DNA of 56,284 nucleotides from an uncultured bacterium (GTDB taxonomy: Bacteria; Lernaellota; Lernaellaia; Lernaellales; Lernaellaceae): the NCBI GenBank assembly GCA_964534375.1, contig CAZHPN010000012.1, positions 1 to 56,284 on the forward strand, in the 5' to 3' direction. The position numbers and the translations under genes were made by a program. Of the stretch, positions 39,209 through 48,836 are shown piece after piece. Position 1 is the stretch's first letter; each line of letters opens with the position of its first letter. The notes under the pieces were generated by a model. That model worked only from the letters and a program-made list of their open reading frames with translations, did not search any database and had not been told where the DNA came from.

Positions 39209-40348
39209 CTACAGCGGGTTTTCCCACAAGCCGGTGATTTTGTGCGCCGGGTCGTCTTTCTCGAAGACGAATTTCACCACGGACGGCAACTTGGTGCGGT
39301 AGACGCGGTAATAGACGATATCGAGGCCGCGCTCGGTCTCCACGCTGTCGAATTCGGCCGAAACGAACGCGCCGAACTCGGGCTCGACCTGTTTTTCCAT
39401 CGACGCCTTGAACTTTTCCGGCGGCAGGCCGTTGCGCATCGCGGCGGTGAAATCCTTCTCCATGCCGGCGTAGTCGTGCGCTTTGTAGGCGGCGAAATAG
39501 TTGTCGATGACCGGTTTCGCGGCCTCGACGATCGCCTCAGCTTCCGCTGTCGGAGCCGGGTTAACCGCGCGCGTCCATGGTTTTTCCCACAGGCCGGTGA
39601 TCTTGCATTTCGGGTCGTCTTTGGCGAACTCGAATTTCAGCGACACCGGCATCTTGGTGCGGTTCAGGCGGTAGTAAACGAAATTGCGCACGCTGTCCGC
39701 CTCGATGCGATCGAACACGGCCGAAACGAACGCGCCTTGCTCCACGTCAATGATCTTCTCGGTTGTCTCCTTGAGCTTGTCCGGCGGCAGGCCCTTGCGC
39801 AGCTTGGCGCTGAAATCTCGCTCCATGCCCGCGTAGTCTTTCGCTTTGCACGCGGCGAGGTAATTGTCGATCACCGGTTTCGCCGCCTTCAGGATCGCCT
39901 CGGCTTCCGCCGCAGACGCGGCCCGCACGCCTAGCGCCCGCGGGCCCAGCCACAGGCCGCGGATCTTCCACGCCGGGTCGCCTTCCACGAACGTGAAACG
40001 CAGCGTCCAGTCGGGGCCCTTCGACATCTTCAACGTGTACGATAAATCGATAAATCCATCTTTTTTCGCCATTTCATCAAAGCTCTTGCCGGCAATCGCG
40101 CCGCTCGCCTTCTCGGCGCCGGCGACGCCTTCCGCCAATTGATCCTTCGACACGGCCTTCGCCAACTTGTCATCGAAATCCTTACGCATCCGGCCGAAAT
40201 CGTGCGCCTTCATCGCCTCGTACACGTTATCGACGACCGGCGCCGCCGCGGCGGTGATTTTCGCCGCGTCGGCGTTCGACGCATCGCTCCAAACCACGCA
40301 TGGCGCGGCCAGCAGCAGAAACAAAGTCAGACAAAACAATTGCTTCAT
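39209..40348 (-). CDS. Secreted protein with three tandem DUF3887-like domains (paralog 1)
   Basis: GAGGAGG RBS; signal peptide; three roughly 110-aa repeats from AA.PV.DN to F...DP..KI.GLW. Confidence 0.75.
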   Translation of the reverse strand: MKQLFCLTLFLLLAAPCVVWSDASNADAAKITAAAAPVVDNVYEAMKAHDFGRMRKDFDDKLAKAVSKDQLAEGVAGAEKASGAIAGKSFDEMAKKDGFIDLSYTLKMSKGPDWTLRFTFVEGDPAWKIRGLWLGPRALGVRAASAAEAEAILKAAKPVIDNYLAACKAKDYAGMERDFSAKLRKGLPPDKLKETTEKIIDVEQGAFVSAVFDRIEADSVRNFVYYRLNRTKMPVSLKFEFAKDDPKCKITGLWEKPWTRAVNPAPTAEAEAIVEAAKPVIDNYFAAYKAHDYAGMEKDFTAAMRNGLPPEKFKASMEKQVEPEFGAFVSAEFDSVETERGLDIVYYRVYRTKLPSVVKFVFEKDDPAHKITGLWENPL

Positions 40349-40792
40349 CAGATCCTCCTCGCCGGCGGCGCCGAAGTTGGAGCAGAACTTCCCGCCATCA
40401 ACCGTAGAAACGGGGCCATTCTCCGTCTCGGCTCGCGAAGTCGATGTCCCGCCGTCTGACTCTTGCTCGATCCGCGAGCGAATGGCTCATTATGGTCCGG
40501 CGGCCTTTGGCGACGCAACTGGCGGTTTCGGGGATTTCGCCGGGGCGGCAGCGACGTGTGCGCTCGCGAAATAGGATTTGCCGGTTGATGGCCCGATCCC
40601 CACGCGCCATCATTTCCCAAGCGCCCATTTCAGTTGGGGACCATGCTGCCCGGGACAGCGATTTCCAATGCGACCCGGTTTACTGACAATCCGCGGCCAA
40701 CCCGCTGAAGACGTATGTCGACGACGCCGCAGCGATGAACAACAAAAACAATTGGCGGCGCGAAATGATTTTCACGTTAATTAGCCGGTCGC

Positions 40793-41902
40793 TTACAGCG
40801 GGCCTTCCCACCAGCCGCTGATTTGATGCGCCGGGTCGCCCTTGCGGAAGACGAGTTGGAGCCAGGTGGGCGATTTCACGCGGTTCACGCGAAAGTGCAC
40901 GACCATGAAATCGCCCTTCTCCTCGACCCAGTCGAATTCCGCGGATTCGAACGCGCCGTGTTCGTCATCGTCTTTTTCGGTGATGTACTTCAACTCGGCC
41001 GCCGACGCCTTTGCGCGCATGCCGGCGTCGAAATCCGTGCCCATAGCGGCGTAGTCTCGCGCCGCCCAGGCGGCGAAAAAGCGGTCGACCACCGGTTTCA
41101 CCGCTTTATAAAACGGGATCGCCCCGGGGTTCGCGGGCTTTTCCCACACGCCGGCGATCCGGTGCGTCGGGTCGTCCTTCGCAAAAACCAACTTCAACAT
41201 GGTCGTCATCTTGGCGCGGCTCACGCGGTAGTAAACCAGGTTATTCAAATTCGTCGTCTCGACGCGGTCGAATTCGGCCGCAACGAACGGGCCCCACTTG
41301 GCCTCGATGGCTTCCCCGGCCTTTTTGGCGCCGCCCGCCGCTTGGGCCTTGAGCATTTCGACGCTGTAGTCTTTCTCCAGGCGCGCGTAATCTTTGTCTT
41401 TGAGGGCGGCGAGGAAATTGTCGATGACCGGCTTCGCCGCTTTCACGATGGCGTCGGATTCGTCATTCGACGCGGGCTTCGCCGGGTCCTCCCGCAGGCC
41501 GATCCAGAGTCCCTGGATTTTCCAACTCGGGTCGCCGTCCTTGAACGTGAAGCGCAACGAGAAATCGGGGGCCTTCGTCATTTTCAGCGTGTAAACCAAA
41601 TGGACGACGCCGCCGCTCTTCTTCGCTTCGGCGAGTTCTTTGCCGACGACCGGTCCGGATTTCTTCTCCGCTTCCGCAAAGCCCGCCGCCAACCGGTCCG
41701 CCGATAAGGATTTGCGCAAATCGTCGGCGAAATCCTTGCGCACGCGATCGTAATCGTGCGCCTGGATCGCCGCGAGAACGTTGTCGACGACCGGCGCCGC
41801 CGCGGCCGCGAGCTTCGCCGCTTCGCCGTCGGGCGCATCCGCCCACGCGAGGCACGGCGCCGCCAAAACCAGCAACAAGGTCAAATAAAATGCGCGCTTC
41901 AT
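40793..41902 (-). CDS. Secreted protein with three tandem DUF3887-like domains (paralog 2)
   Basis: AAGGAGG RBS; signal peptide; same three-repeat architecture as 39209..40348. Confidence 0.75.
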   Translation of the reverse strand: MKRAFYLTLLLVLAAPCLAWADAPDGEAAKLAAAAAPVVDNVLAAIQAHDYDRVRKDFADDLRKSLSADRLAAGFAEAEKKSGPVVGKELAEAKKSGGVVHLVYTLKMTKAPDFSLRFTFKDGDPSWKIQGLWIGLREDPAKPASNDESDAIVKAAKPVIDNFLAALKDKDYARLEKDYSVEMLKAQAAGGAKKAGEAIEAKWGPFVAAEFDRVETTNLNNLVYYRVSRAKMTTMLKLVFAKDDPTHRIAGVWEKPANPGAIPFYKAVKPVVDRFFAAWAARDYAAMGTDFDAGMRAKASAAELKYITEKDDDEHGAFESAEFDWVEEKGDFMVVHFRVNRVKSPTWLQLVFRKGDPAHQISGWWEGPL

Positions 41903-42230
41903 CGGACCCTCCTTCAAACAAACCACGTCTGCGCTTGATGATTCATTATGGTCCCGCGGCGTTCCGCAACGCAACCGGCACATGGCGTTTCTGCACGTCA
42001 GGCGACAGCGTACTTTTTCGGATTGCCCTTTGGCCGTAAGCGGAAGAAGTCAGCGTCGGTTTTTTGTCGTGTTGCCGGGGCCTTTTGCCGCGTGCGGTCC
42101 GCCGGCGTTGTGAAACGCCGGCTGCAAGCGCCTGCTGCACGCTCGCGCCCCCTCCCCGGCGCGTTAAGACCGACGGCGCCCGCGAAGAACACGCTCGGAG
42201 GGATTTCGCAATTTCTTTGTAGGCGCGCTG

Positions 42231-42467
42231 TTATCGCGGCGACAATTCTCGCAGATAGTCTTCGAGGGGGATGCCCGAGGTTTTGATGATGTTGAGCAAC
42301 GTTCCGCGGGCGAGCGTTTTTTCGGCGGGAACGATGATCGGGCGCGGCCGGTCCGCCTTCTCATGCAGGCGATGACTGCCCTTGCCGCGGCCGGGGACGA
42401 ATGTCCAGCCGAATTTCCGCAGGATTCGGTCGACCTCTTTCCAGCCGTCGGGCGGGATTTTGCTCAT
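42231..42467 (-). CDS. hicA: HicA family toxin
   Basis: 78 aa; L...GW.....GKGSH, IIVP, GTL.NI motifs; ATGA overlap with the hicB stop. Confidence 0.85.
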   Translation of the reverse strand: MSKIPPDGWKEVDRILRKFGWTFVPGRGKGSHRLHEKADRPRPIIVPAEKTLARGTLLNIIKTSGIPLEDYLRELSPR

Positions 42468-42868
42468 GCGGCTCGCAATTCCACACGGCCGGACCAACGT
42501 TCCTTCTCGGCCGCGTCAATGTGAAATCGCGGCGTTTCCGTCGGCGGATGCAGCAGGCGCGCCAAAAACAGCAGAGAAATGCTCTTATCCGGCCAATCCA
42601 ATTCGTGCAACGCGGCTTCCAATGTCCCGCGGCGCAGACACGATTCAAACCACATTTGGATGGCCTCGCCGGCATTCGCCAGCGCTTTTTCCCGCGTTGC
42701 AGCGCATGTCGACAGATCGAGCGCGGGGCAAAATGCCACCCACTGGCCATCTTCTTTGATTATCTCGCCGGCCAGGAAAACTCTGACGACCGGTTCGTCG
42801 TCGCCATCGGCAGCGACTTCGATGCGGACGGCAGAACGTTTTCGGCTGGAACTTTGACGCGCCGCCAT
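42464..42868 (-). CDS. hicB: HicB family antitoxin
   Basis: IIKEDGQWVAFCPALDLSTCAATREKALANAGEAIQMWFE is the HicB partial RNase H fold; GAGGG RBS. Confidence 0.8.
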   Translation of the reverse strand: MAARQSSSRKRSAVRIEVAADGDDEPVVRVFLAGEIIKEDGQWVAFCPALDLSTCAATREKALANAGEAIQMWFESCLRRGTLEAALHELDWPDKSISLLFLARLLHPPTETPRFHIDAAEKERWSGRVELRAA

Positions 42869-43043
42869 AGAAAGTCCCTCTCTCGTTGCCTTTATTAAGC
42901 ACCGAACGCCGCATTCGTCAACACGCGCCAGACTCCGCGCCTGGCCGTCTTGCGACACGCCGGACCCGCGAGCGGGTTTCCCCGAAACACCCAGGGAATA
43001 GGTTTCCCCTTCTTCCTTTTTCCTTTTTTCCCCTTTTTCCTTC

Positions 43044-44027
43044 CTACAGCCCTACCCGTTTCATCCCATCTTCCGGGTACCGCGCGCCGGCGGCGGCGCC
43101 CTGCGGCGCGATCTCGTCGATGAGCGCGAGCTCGGCGGCGGAAAGCTGCAGGGCCGAGGCAGCGACGTTCTCTTCGAGGTGCGCCCGCGTCGTCGTGCCG
43201 GGAATGGGTACGATGAACTCGGCGCGCGCCAGCACCCAGGCGAGCGCGAGTTGCGACGGTTTCACCTGTTTGTCGCGGGCCATTTCTTCGATGCGCTGCA
43301 CGAGTTCGAGATTCTTCGCAAAGTTCGCGCCGGCGAAGCGCGGCGAGCGGCGACGGAAGTCGTCGGCGGCCAGGTCGTCGAGCGAGCGGAAGCGGCCGGT
43401 CAGGAAGCCGCGGCCGAGCGGGCTGTAGGCGACGAAGCCGATGCCGAGCGCGCGCACCGTGGGCAGGATCTCGTCGTCCGGGTCGCGACTCCACAGCGAA
43501 TATTCGGTTTGCAGCGCGGCGATCGGATGCACGGCGTGTGCGCGGCGGATCGTCGTCGGCGCGGCCTCCGACAGCCCGAGGCAGCGCACTTTCCCGGCGC
43601 GGACGAGCGAGGCCATCGCGCCGACCGTGTCTTCGATCGGCACGGCCGGATCGACGCGGTGCTGATAATAGAGGTCGATGAAGTCGACGCCCAGGCGCCG
43701 CAGCGAGGCGTCGCAGGCCGAGATCACGTAGTCCGGCCGGCCGCTGATGCCGCGCCAACTGCCGTCCGGCCCGCGCACGTTGCCGAATTTCGTGGCGATC
43801 ACGACCTTGTCGCGCCGATCACGAAGCGCCCGGCCGACGAGTTGCTCGTTGGTGAACGGGCCGTAGGCGTCGGCCGTGTCGAACAGGGTGACGCCCAGGT
43901 CGAACGCGCGATGAAGCGTGGCGATCGCCTCGGCCGAATCCGCCGGGCCGTAAAACTCGCTCATGCCCATGCAGCCAAGACCGATCGCGGAGACAGTTAA
44001 TTCGGAACCGAGGCGACGCTGCAGCAT
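43044..44027 (-). CDS. Aldo/keto reductase
   Basis: [68 protein letters not shown]. Confidence 0.95.
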   Translation of the reverse strand: MLQRRLGSELTVSAIGLGCMGMSEFYGPADSAEAIATLHRAFDLGVTLFDTADAYGPFTNEQLVGRALRDRRDKVVIATKFGNVRGPDGSWRGISGRPDYVISACDASLRRLGVDFIDLYYQHRVDPAVPIEDTVGAMASLVRAGKVRCLGLSEAAPTTIRRAHAVHPIAALQTEYSLWSRDPDDEILPTVRALGIGFVAYSPLGRGFLTGRFRSLDDLAADDFRRRSPRFAGANFAKNLELVQRIEEMARDKQVKPSQLALAWVLARAEFIVPIPGTTTRAHLEENVAASALQLSAAELALIDEIAPQGAAAGARYPEDGMKRVGL

Positions 44028-44056
44028 TGGCGAACTCCTTTCAAATTAGAGGGAAA

Positions 44057-44101
44057 CTGGGAATTCCGGGAGTCATGGAAATCCTGGGAGTCATGGGAGC
44101 G
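44057..44101. repeat. Nonamer tandem tract (consensus about MTGGGAGTC)
   Basis: ctgggaatt ccgggagtc atggaaatc ctgggagtc atgggagcg. Confidence 0.6.
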
Positions 44102-44250
44102 CGTTTTCCCGGACAAATGGGTCGGCCGCACGATAACGGTCGGCTGCTCGCCGGCCTTTTTCCTTTTGCCCTTTTACTTATGGGAAGGTAATGCCGAACC
44201 ATCGGGGGTCAACCGGCCCGTTGCGGGCCGCGGAATGCGCGGGGGGAGCG

Positions 44251-44285
44251 CCAAAAGAAAAGGGGCGCACGAGGCGCCCCTTTTC
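44251..44285 (-). terminator. Rho-independent terminator of the FadL/Ig-lipoprotein operon
   Basis: Perfect 12-bp stem GAAAAGGGGCGC/GCGCCCCTTTTC with 5-nt loop and T-tract on the minus strand, 20 nt past the stop. Confidence 0.75.
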
Positions 44286-44304
44286 GGCAATACGGCACGC
44301 GCCG

Positions 44305-47109
44305 CTAGAACGTATCCCACCAGGACAACGGGTTGCGGCTGACCGCGCGCATGTTGACGGTGGTGGGCAACGGCAGCGTGATGTCGATATCGATGATTGG
44401 AATATGAATGACCATCTTCATCGTCGTCGAGCCCGCGATCGCAACGACCATCAGGCCGTCTTGCGAGAAGCTGAGCTGGCCGACGGCATCGAGCGGCAGC
44501 GTGTGAACGAGCATCGCGTTCATCACCGTGTTGTCGACCATGATATGCGTGAGCATCGAGATATTCATTTGCGTGGTGTGCGTCGGCGATTCGACGGACG
44601 GCGCCTCGCCGGGCTCCAGCATGTCGATCAGGATGCGGCCCAGCGGGCTGAACAGGCTGTCGCGAATGCCCGGTTCGGCCGCCTCGAGCAGCGCCCACTG
44701 CTCGTCGGTCACTTGATCCTGCAGCGCGTCGCGCAGGCTGACCTGCGTGCTGGTCGCCGTCATCGTGATGCCCTGAATCAGTTCGATATCCATATAGGGC
44801 ACGCTATTGCTGTCGAATTCCAGGCCTTTGACGTAGGACATCATGTACCCGGCGGCGTAACTCGGCGTCTTGATCAGCGCACTGTTGATCTGAAAGTAGT
44901 TGACCGGCGGCGACGGCACGGTCTCGGTGTTGTCGATGTAGCCCGAGCCGTCGACGTCGACGACCGGATCGAGTTGCAGGCGCAAGGGCACCCAACGGTT
45001 GCGCGCCGCGGCGATGAAGTCGATCGACACCGAATTCTGGCCCGGCGCGCCGCCCGGTTTATGGTTGCGCAGCAACGACAGTTTGACGCCGGCGAAACTG
45101 GTGATGTCGTCGGTCAGCGTCACGCGGATCGTGTCGCCGGCCGCGAACGGCGCATTCGGATAGAACGCGACGCGCGCGCCGAAATAGACGAGCGTGCCGG
45201 GCACGCCCTGGCCCGTCGTCACGTCCTCCACCTGGAACGAGTCGCCGAGGACGATGGTGTCGCCGTCCATTTGCTGACTGAACCAGATCTCGATCGGGAT
45301 CTGGCCCGGGACGGTCGGCACGAGATCGCGGGCGCCGTCGCCGGGACTGGTCGTCTCGATGATCGGCGGTTCGGCGTCCCATTCCACCGCGCCCGTTTGG
45401 AACGTGGCCGTATACGCCGTCTGGGTCTTGTTGCCGTTGATGTCCGAAAGGCCGGGCGTGACGTAAAGCTGATACATGCTGTCGGGCAACAGCGGCTGGA
45501 CCGGCGCCAGAATGATCTTCGGGCCGTTGGCCAGCATGTTGACCGCGACCGCCGAACCCGAGTCGTCCAATAGGCTGACTGTCGCCGCGGCGCTGTCGGG
45601 CGTCACGGGCTTATCGAATAGCAGGTAGAGCGCGCTGCCGAGCCGCACGCGTGTGGCGCCGCCCACCGGGCTGGTGATCGCCAGCGTCGGCGGCGTGGTG
45701 TCCGGCACATACGGGAAGACGGTAACCGGGTCGGACATAGTCAGGCTCATCTGCGTGCGAATGCGTTCGCCGAACACGAAAAATTCGCCATAGCCGGCCA
45801 TGTTCATCACCAAATGGCCGGTTGCGAAATCGACCTGCGCTGTACCAAACAGCCGCGTGCCGAGGATGATCTGACCCATCAGCATGCCGGCCGTGGGGCT
45901 CGCCGGCGACAACGCGGCGTCGAGCGTCAACGACACGGACGGCGCGCCGCCGCTGACGGCGCTGGTGTAATCGGAGGCGCTGAGGACGCCCACGGCGTCG
46001 GTCAGCACGGTGATTTTGCTTTCGCCGGTCTGCAGGCCGGTCGGAATGAAACCGCCCAATTCCGAGACGATGTTCGTGGCGTACAGGACCTGCCCTTTGC
46101 GAATGACCATCGGAATCCGCGTGCCGTCGCCGTTGGGCGGCGTACCGAGTTCAGCGGTCAACTGGCCGCTGATGTAGGTGCGCGTCGGCCCGAGCAGCAG
46201 GCTGTCGACCAGCATCGCGTTGGTGTCGTCGCCGGTCAGCGGGTGCCGCGGCAGCGCCGCCGGGGTCGCGGTCGGCGCGCAACTGCTGTGCGTGCCCAGC
46301 GTCGGGCAGTTTTCGACCGTCAGGGTGTGATGCGGCTGCGTGCTCTGGACGTGATAGGTGAAAACTGCGTCCTGCGCCAGCGTTTCGCCGGCGACGCCGG
46401 TCAGGCCGGTCGTCAGCGTCATGGTGTACGTGCCGGCCGGGAGGTCGTTCTCCGGGTCGAACACGATTTGCGCGGAGCGCACGAAGAGCGAACCCTGAAT
46501 GAGGCCGCCCTGCGCATTGGTGAACATGAACGTCGTGCCGTTGGCGACCGTGCGACGATCGATCGGCGCGGAGAAGTAAGCGCGGAACGTGTGGAAATCG
46601 TAGACCACATCGTTCACGGGGTCGGGCAGCACCGAGGTGACGGCCAGCGTCTGACCCGCCTGCGGATTCTGGGCCAGCGTCGCGAAATGAATCACGAGCC
46701 CGTCCGCCGGAATCGCCGGCGCGACGCCGTCCTGGCTGATGAGCGTCGGCGCGACGGTCATCACGAAATTGCTCAGCGGCGCGAGCGGCACGGTAGGCAC
46801 GACGAACACGTTCGGGCCCGAGAAGCTGCCGGTGAACGGCACGGCCGTAATGACGGCGCCGTTGGCGTCAACCTGGTTCAACGTGATCGCCGCGGTCGGA
46901 TTGACCTGCCCCAGATCGTCGTTGAAGTGCACGATCATCGACCCGGTGACCGGGAATTCTTTCATCATGTCCAGCGGATACGTATACGTCACGGTGTACG
47001 GTGGCGAAGGCGTCTGGTACGGGGCCGGCTGCACCCAACTGCCGGGGCAGCCGCCCAAGACGAGCGCCGCCAGCAGCGCCGCCGCGATCGACAAATAACG
47101 CAACTTCAT
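44305..47109 (-). CDS. Large lipoprotein with multiple bacterial Ig-like (Big_5/SbsA-type) domains, AupB-like
   Basis: Lipobox LGGC; repeated Ig-like signatures (YTYP, F..P..PL...S.Y.L.V, DTTPP...TSP, F.TG); AAGGAGG RBS. Confidence 0.8.
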   Translation of the reverse strand: MKLRYLSIAAALLAALVLGGCPGSWVQPAPYQTPSPPYTVTYTYPLDMMKEFPVTGSMIVHFNDDLGQVNPTAAITLNQVDANGAVITAVPFTGSFSGPNVFVVPTVPLAPLSNFVMTVAPTLISQDGVAPAIPADGLVIHFATLAQNPQAGQTLAVTSVLPDPVNDVVYDFHTFRAYFSAPIDRRTVANGTTFMFTNAQGGLIQGSLFVRSAQIVFDPENDLPAGTYTMTLTTGLTGVAGETLAQDAVFTYHVQSTQPHHTLTVENCPTLGTHSSCAPTATPAALPRHPLTGDDTNAMLVDSLLLGPTRTYISGQLTAELGTPPNGDGTRIPMVIRKGQVLYATNIVSELGGFIPTGLQTGESKITVLTDAVGVLSASDYTSAVSGGAPSVSLTLDAALSPASPTAGMLMGQIILGTRLFGTAQVDFATGHLVMNMAGYGEFFVFGERIRTQMSLTMSDPVTVFPYVPDTTPPTLAITSPVGGATRVRLGSALYLLFDKPVTPDSAAATVSLLDDSGSAVAVNMLANGPKIILAPVQPLLPDSMYQLYVTPGLSDINGNKTQTAYTATFQTGAVEWDAEPPIIETTSPGDGARDLVPTVPGQIPIEIWFSQQMDGDTIVLGDSFQVEDVTTGQGVPGTLVYFGARVAFYPNAPFAAGDTIRVTLTDDITSFAGVKLSLLRNHKPGGAPGQNSVSIDFIAAARNRWVPLRLQLDPVVDVDGSGYIDNTETVPSPPVNYFQINSALIKTPSYAAGYMMSYVKGLEFDSNSVPYMDIELIQGITMTATSTQVSLRDALQDQVTDEQWALLEAAEPGIRDSLFSPLGRILIDMLEPGEAPSVESPTHTTQMNISMLTHIMVDNTVMNAMLVHTLPLDAVGQLSFSQDGLMVVAIAGSTTMKMVIHIPIIDIDITLPLPTTVNMRAVSRNPLSWWDTF

Positions 47110-47127
47110 GACCGCCTCCTTTTCTCT

Positions 47128-48393
47128 TTAGTAGCGGATGGTCAGGGTGCCGGCCAGGCCGTTGAGCATGCCGGAACTCTCGTATTTCTCTTTCGTCGCG
47201 TCGTTGGCGATCTCCTGGCGCTTGACCAGATATTGCATGAAGTACGAACCGTCGAGGCTGAGCGGATAGTTGAGGCCGGCCGGTTTGGCGAAGGTGTAGC
47301 CGATGCCCACGCCCGCGATGTGCTTGGAGTTGTCCAGAATCATGTTCTCGCTGTTGCCGCCGCGGGCGACAGGCGTTTGCTCGTAGCCGTAACCGCAGCG
47401 GACGGCCAGGCCGTCCACTGGCAGGAATTCGAGGCCAACGTGCGGCACGTAGGTGTCGTGGAAATCAAATCCCGTCTCATAGCGCGGCATGTCGAATTTG
47501 CTCATTTCCTTGTTGAAATCGCCCCAGTTGTACCAGACCGTGTCGGCCGTCACGCCGAGCCACGACGTCGCGTGCCAGTACAAACCCAGTGCGATGCGCT
47601 GCGGAATGTAGTTGTCCTTGTAATAGAGCACCATCGGCAGCGAGGCCAGCGGGCTCTTGCCGACATCGGCGGTCGCATTGACGGTGATCGGATCGAACCC
47701 GCCGTAGGTCTTGCCGTGATAGGTCACGCCGATGTCGACCGGTTTGGGCCGGAAGAACAAGGCGACGATCGGGGCCATGTCCAGGTTGGCGTCGAGGCTG
47801 ATGCCCTGGTGCGACGTCTTGCCCGTGAGGTCGGTGTCGACGAAGAACGTCGATTTCGAATGCAGGGTGGTCATGACGCCGGCGCCCATGTAGAACCAAT
47901 CCAGGATTTTCCAACCGAGGCTGAAGTTCAAGGTGAACGAGGCCGGGCCGTAGCGATAGTAGTTGCCGTTCGCGTTCTGTTCGTCGTTGAACCGGATGAA
48001 CGCCAGGCCGTTGTCGTCGAGCGCGATGTTCAAACCGAAGACGACCGGCCAATCCGACTTGAACAGCGTGTTGAGCCGCTGCGCCAAGTTCAATTCGACC
48101 ACGTTGTTGGCCGCGTCGAACCGGGTCGGATTGCCTTGGGGCCCGCCATGGAATTCCGGCTGCCCATACACGTAACTCAACGCAATATTCGAGTGGTCGA
48201 GCGTGGCCATCGCCGCCGGGTTGAAGAACGCGCTGGAGGCGTCGTCCGCCAGCGCCGTATACGTCTGGCCCAAGGCCGCGCCGCGCGCGCCGAACCCGTA
48301 CAGGTACGGGATCGTGCCGAAGCCCGCCCAGGCGTTCGAAGCCAGCAGGATCAGACCGCACAATGCTACGAAAATCGCAATCCGTCTGTTCAC
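47128..48393 (-). CDS. OmpP1/FadL-family outer-membrane transporter, AupA-like
   Basis: AAGGAGG RBS before GTG 48393; signal peptide; G.GARG.ALG...A.ADD.S.AF.NPA.M hatch motif; beta-strand periodicity; C-terminal aromatic residue. Confidence 0.87.
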   Translation of the reverse strand: MNRRIAIFVALCGLILLASNAWAGFGTIPYLYGFGARGAALGQTYTALADDASSAFFNPAAMATLDHSNIALSYVYGQPEFHGGPQGNPTRFDAANNVVELNLAQRLNTLFKSDWPVVFGLNIALDDNGLAFIRFNDEQNANGNYYRYGPASFTLNFSLGWKILDWFYMGAGVMTTLHSKSTFFVDTDLTGKTSHQGISLDANLDMAPIVALFFRPKPVDIGVTYHGKTYGGFDPITVNATADVGKSPLASLPMVLYYKDNYIPQRIALGLYWHATSWLGVTADTVWYNWGDFNKEMSKFDMPRYETGFDFHDTYVPHVGLEFLPVDGLAVRCGYGYEQTPVARGGNSENMILDNSKHIAGVGIGYTFAKPAGLNYPLSLDGSYFMQYLVKRQEIANDATKEKYESSGMLNGLAGTLTIRY

Positions 48394-48512
48394 AATGACC
48401 TCCTTGCGAAAAGAGTTTATTTCAGGGGAATGAATGCAGGTTCCTTGCGGATTCTTGTACGAAAATCGCTTCGATTGCGTCACTTCTTCCCTTCAGTCCG
48501 TAGAGCCGCTTC

Positions 48513-48542
48513 ACTCTAACACGCGATTTTTTTTGGTGTCAA
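48513..48542 (-). promoter_or_regulatory. Possible sigma70 promoter for the FadL operon
   Basis: Minus strand TTGACA, 18-nt spacer, TAGAGT with TGn extension; AT-rich upstream. Confidence 0.45.
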
Positions 48543-48712
48543 ATTTTATTTTGCCGCCGCGGCGCACGCCAACCCGGCAGAAAACCGCTGCCGCGGCCCG
48601 CGGCGAGGCGGTTCGGCCGCCGATTTGCGCGCCGCGCGGACCGCCGGCCCGCTTTGGCGCAACGCGTCAATTTCTAAAAATAAGTTCACGCCGGCGAGCC
48701 GCCGGCGAGCCG

Positions 48713-48835
48713 TGAACAAGGAACAAGGAAAAAGGGAAAAAGCGAGGCGGGCGTCGCAATGCGGGGGCAGGCGTAAGACGCCAGAACCCGGTCCTGTTTT
48801 GCCGACTTCTGACGTCTGTCTTCTGTCTTCCGACT
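48713..48835. repeat. Two heptamer tracts, (GGAAMAA)n and (TCTGWCT)n
   Basis: 48713-48740 and 48801-48835, downstream of the stop at 48837. Confidence 0.6.
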
Positions 48836-48836
48836 C

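Noticed and set aside
40349..40792. Small ORFs or a gene remnant between the DUF3887-like paralogs
   Set aside because: No similarity to the flanking repeats and no credible start signals.
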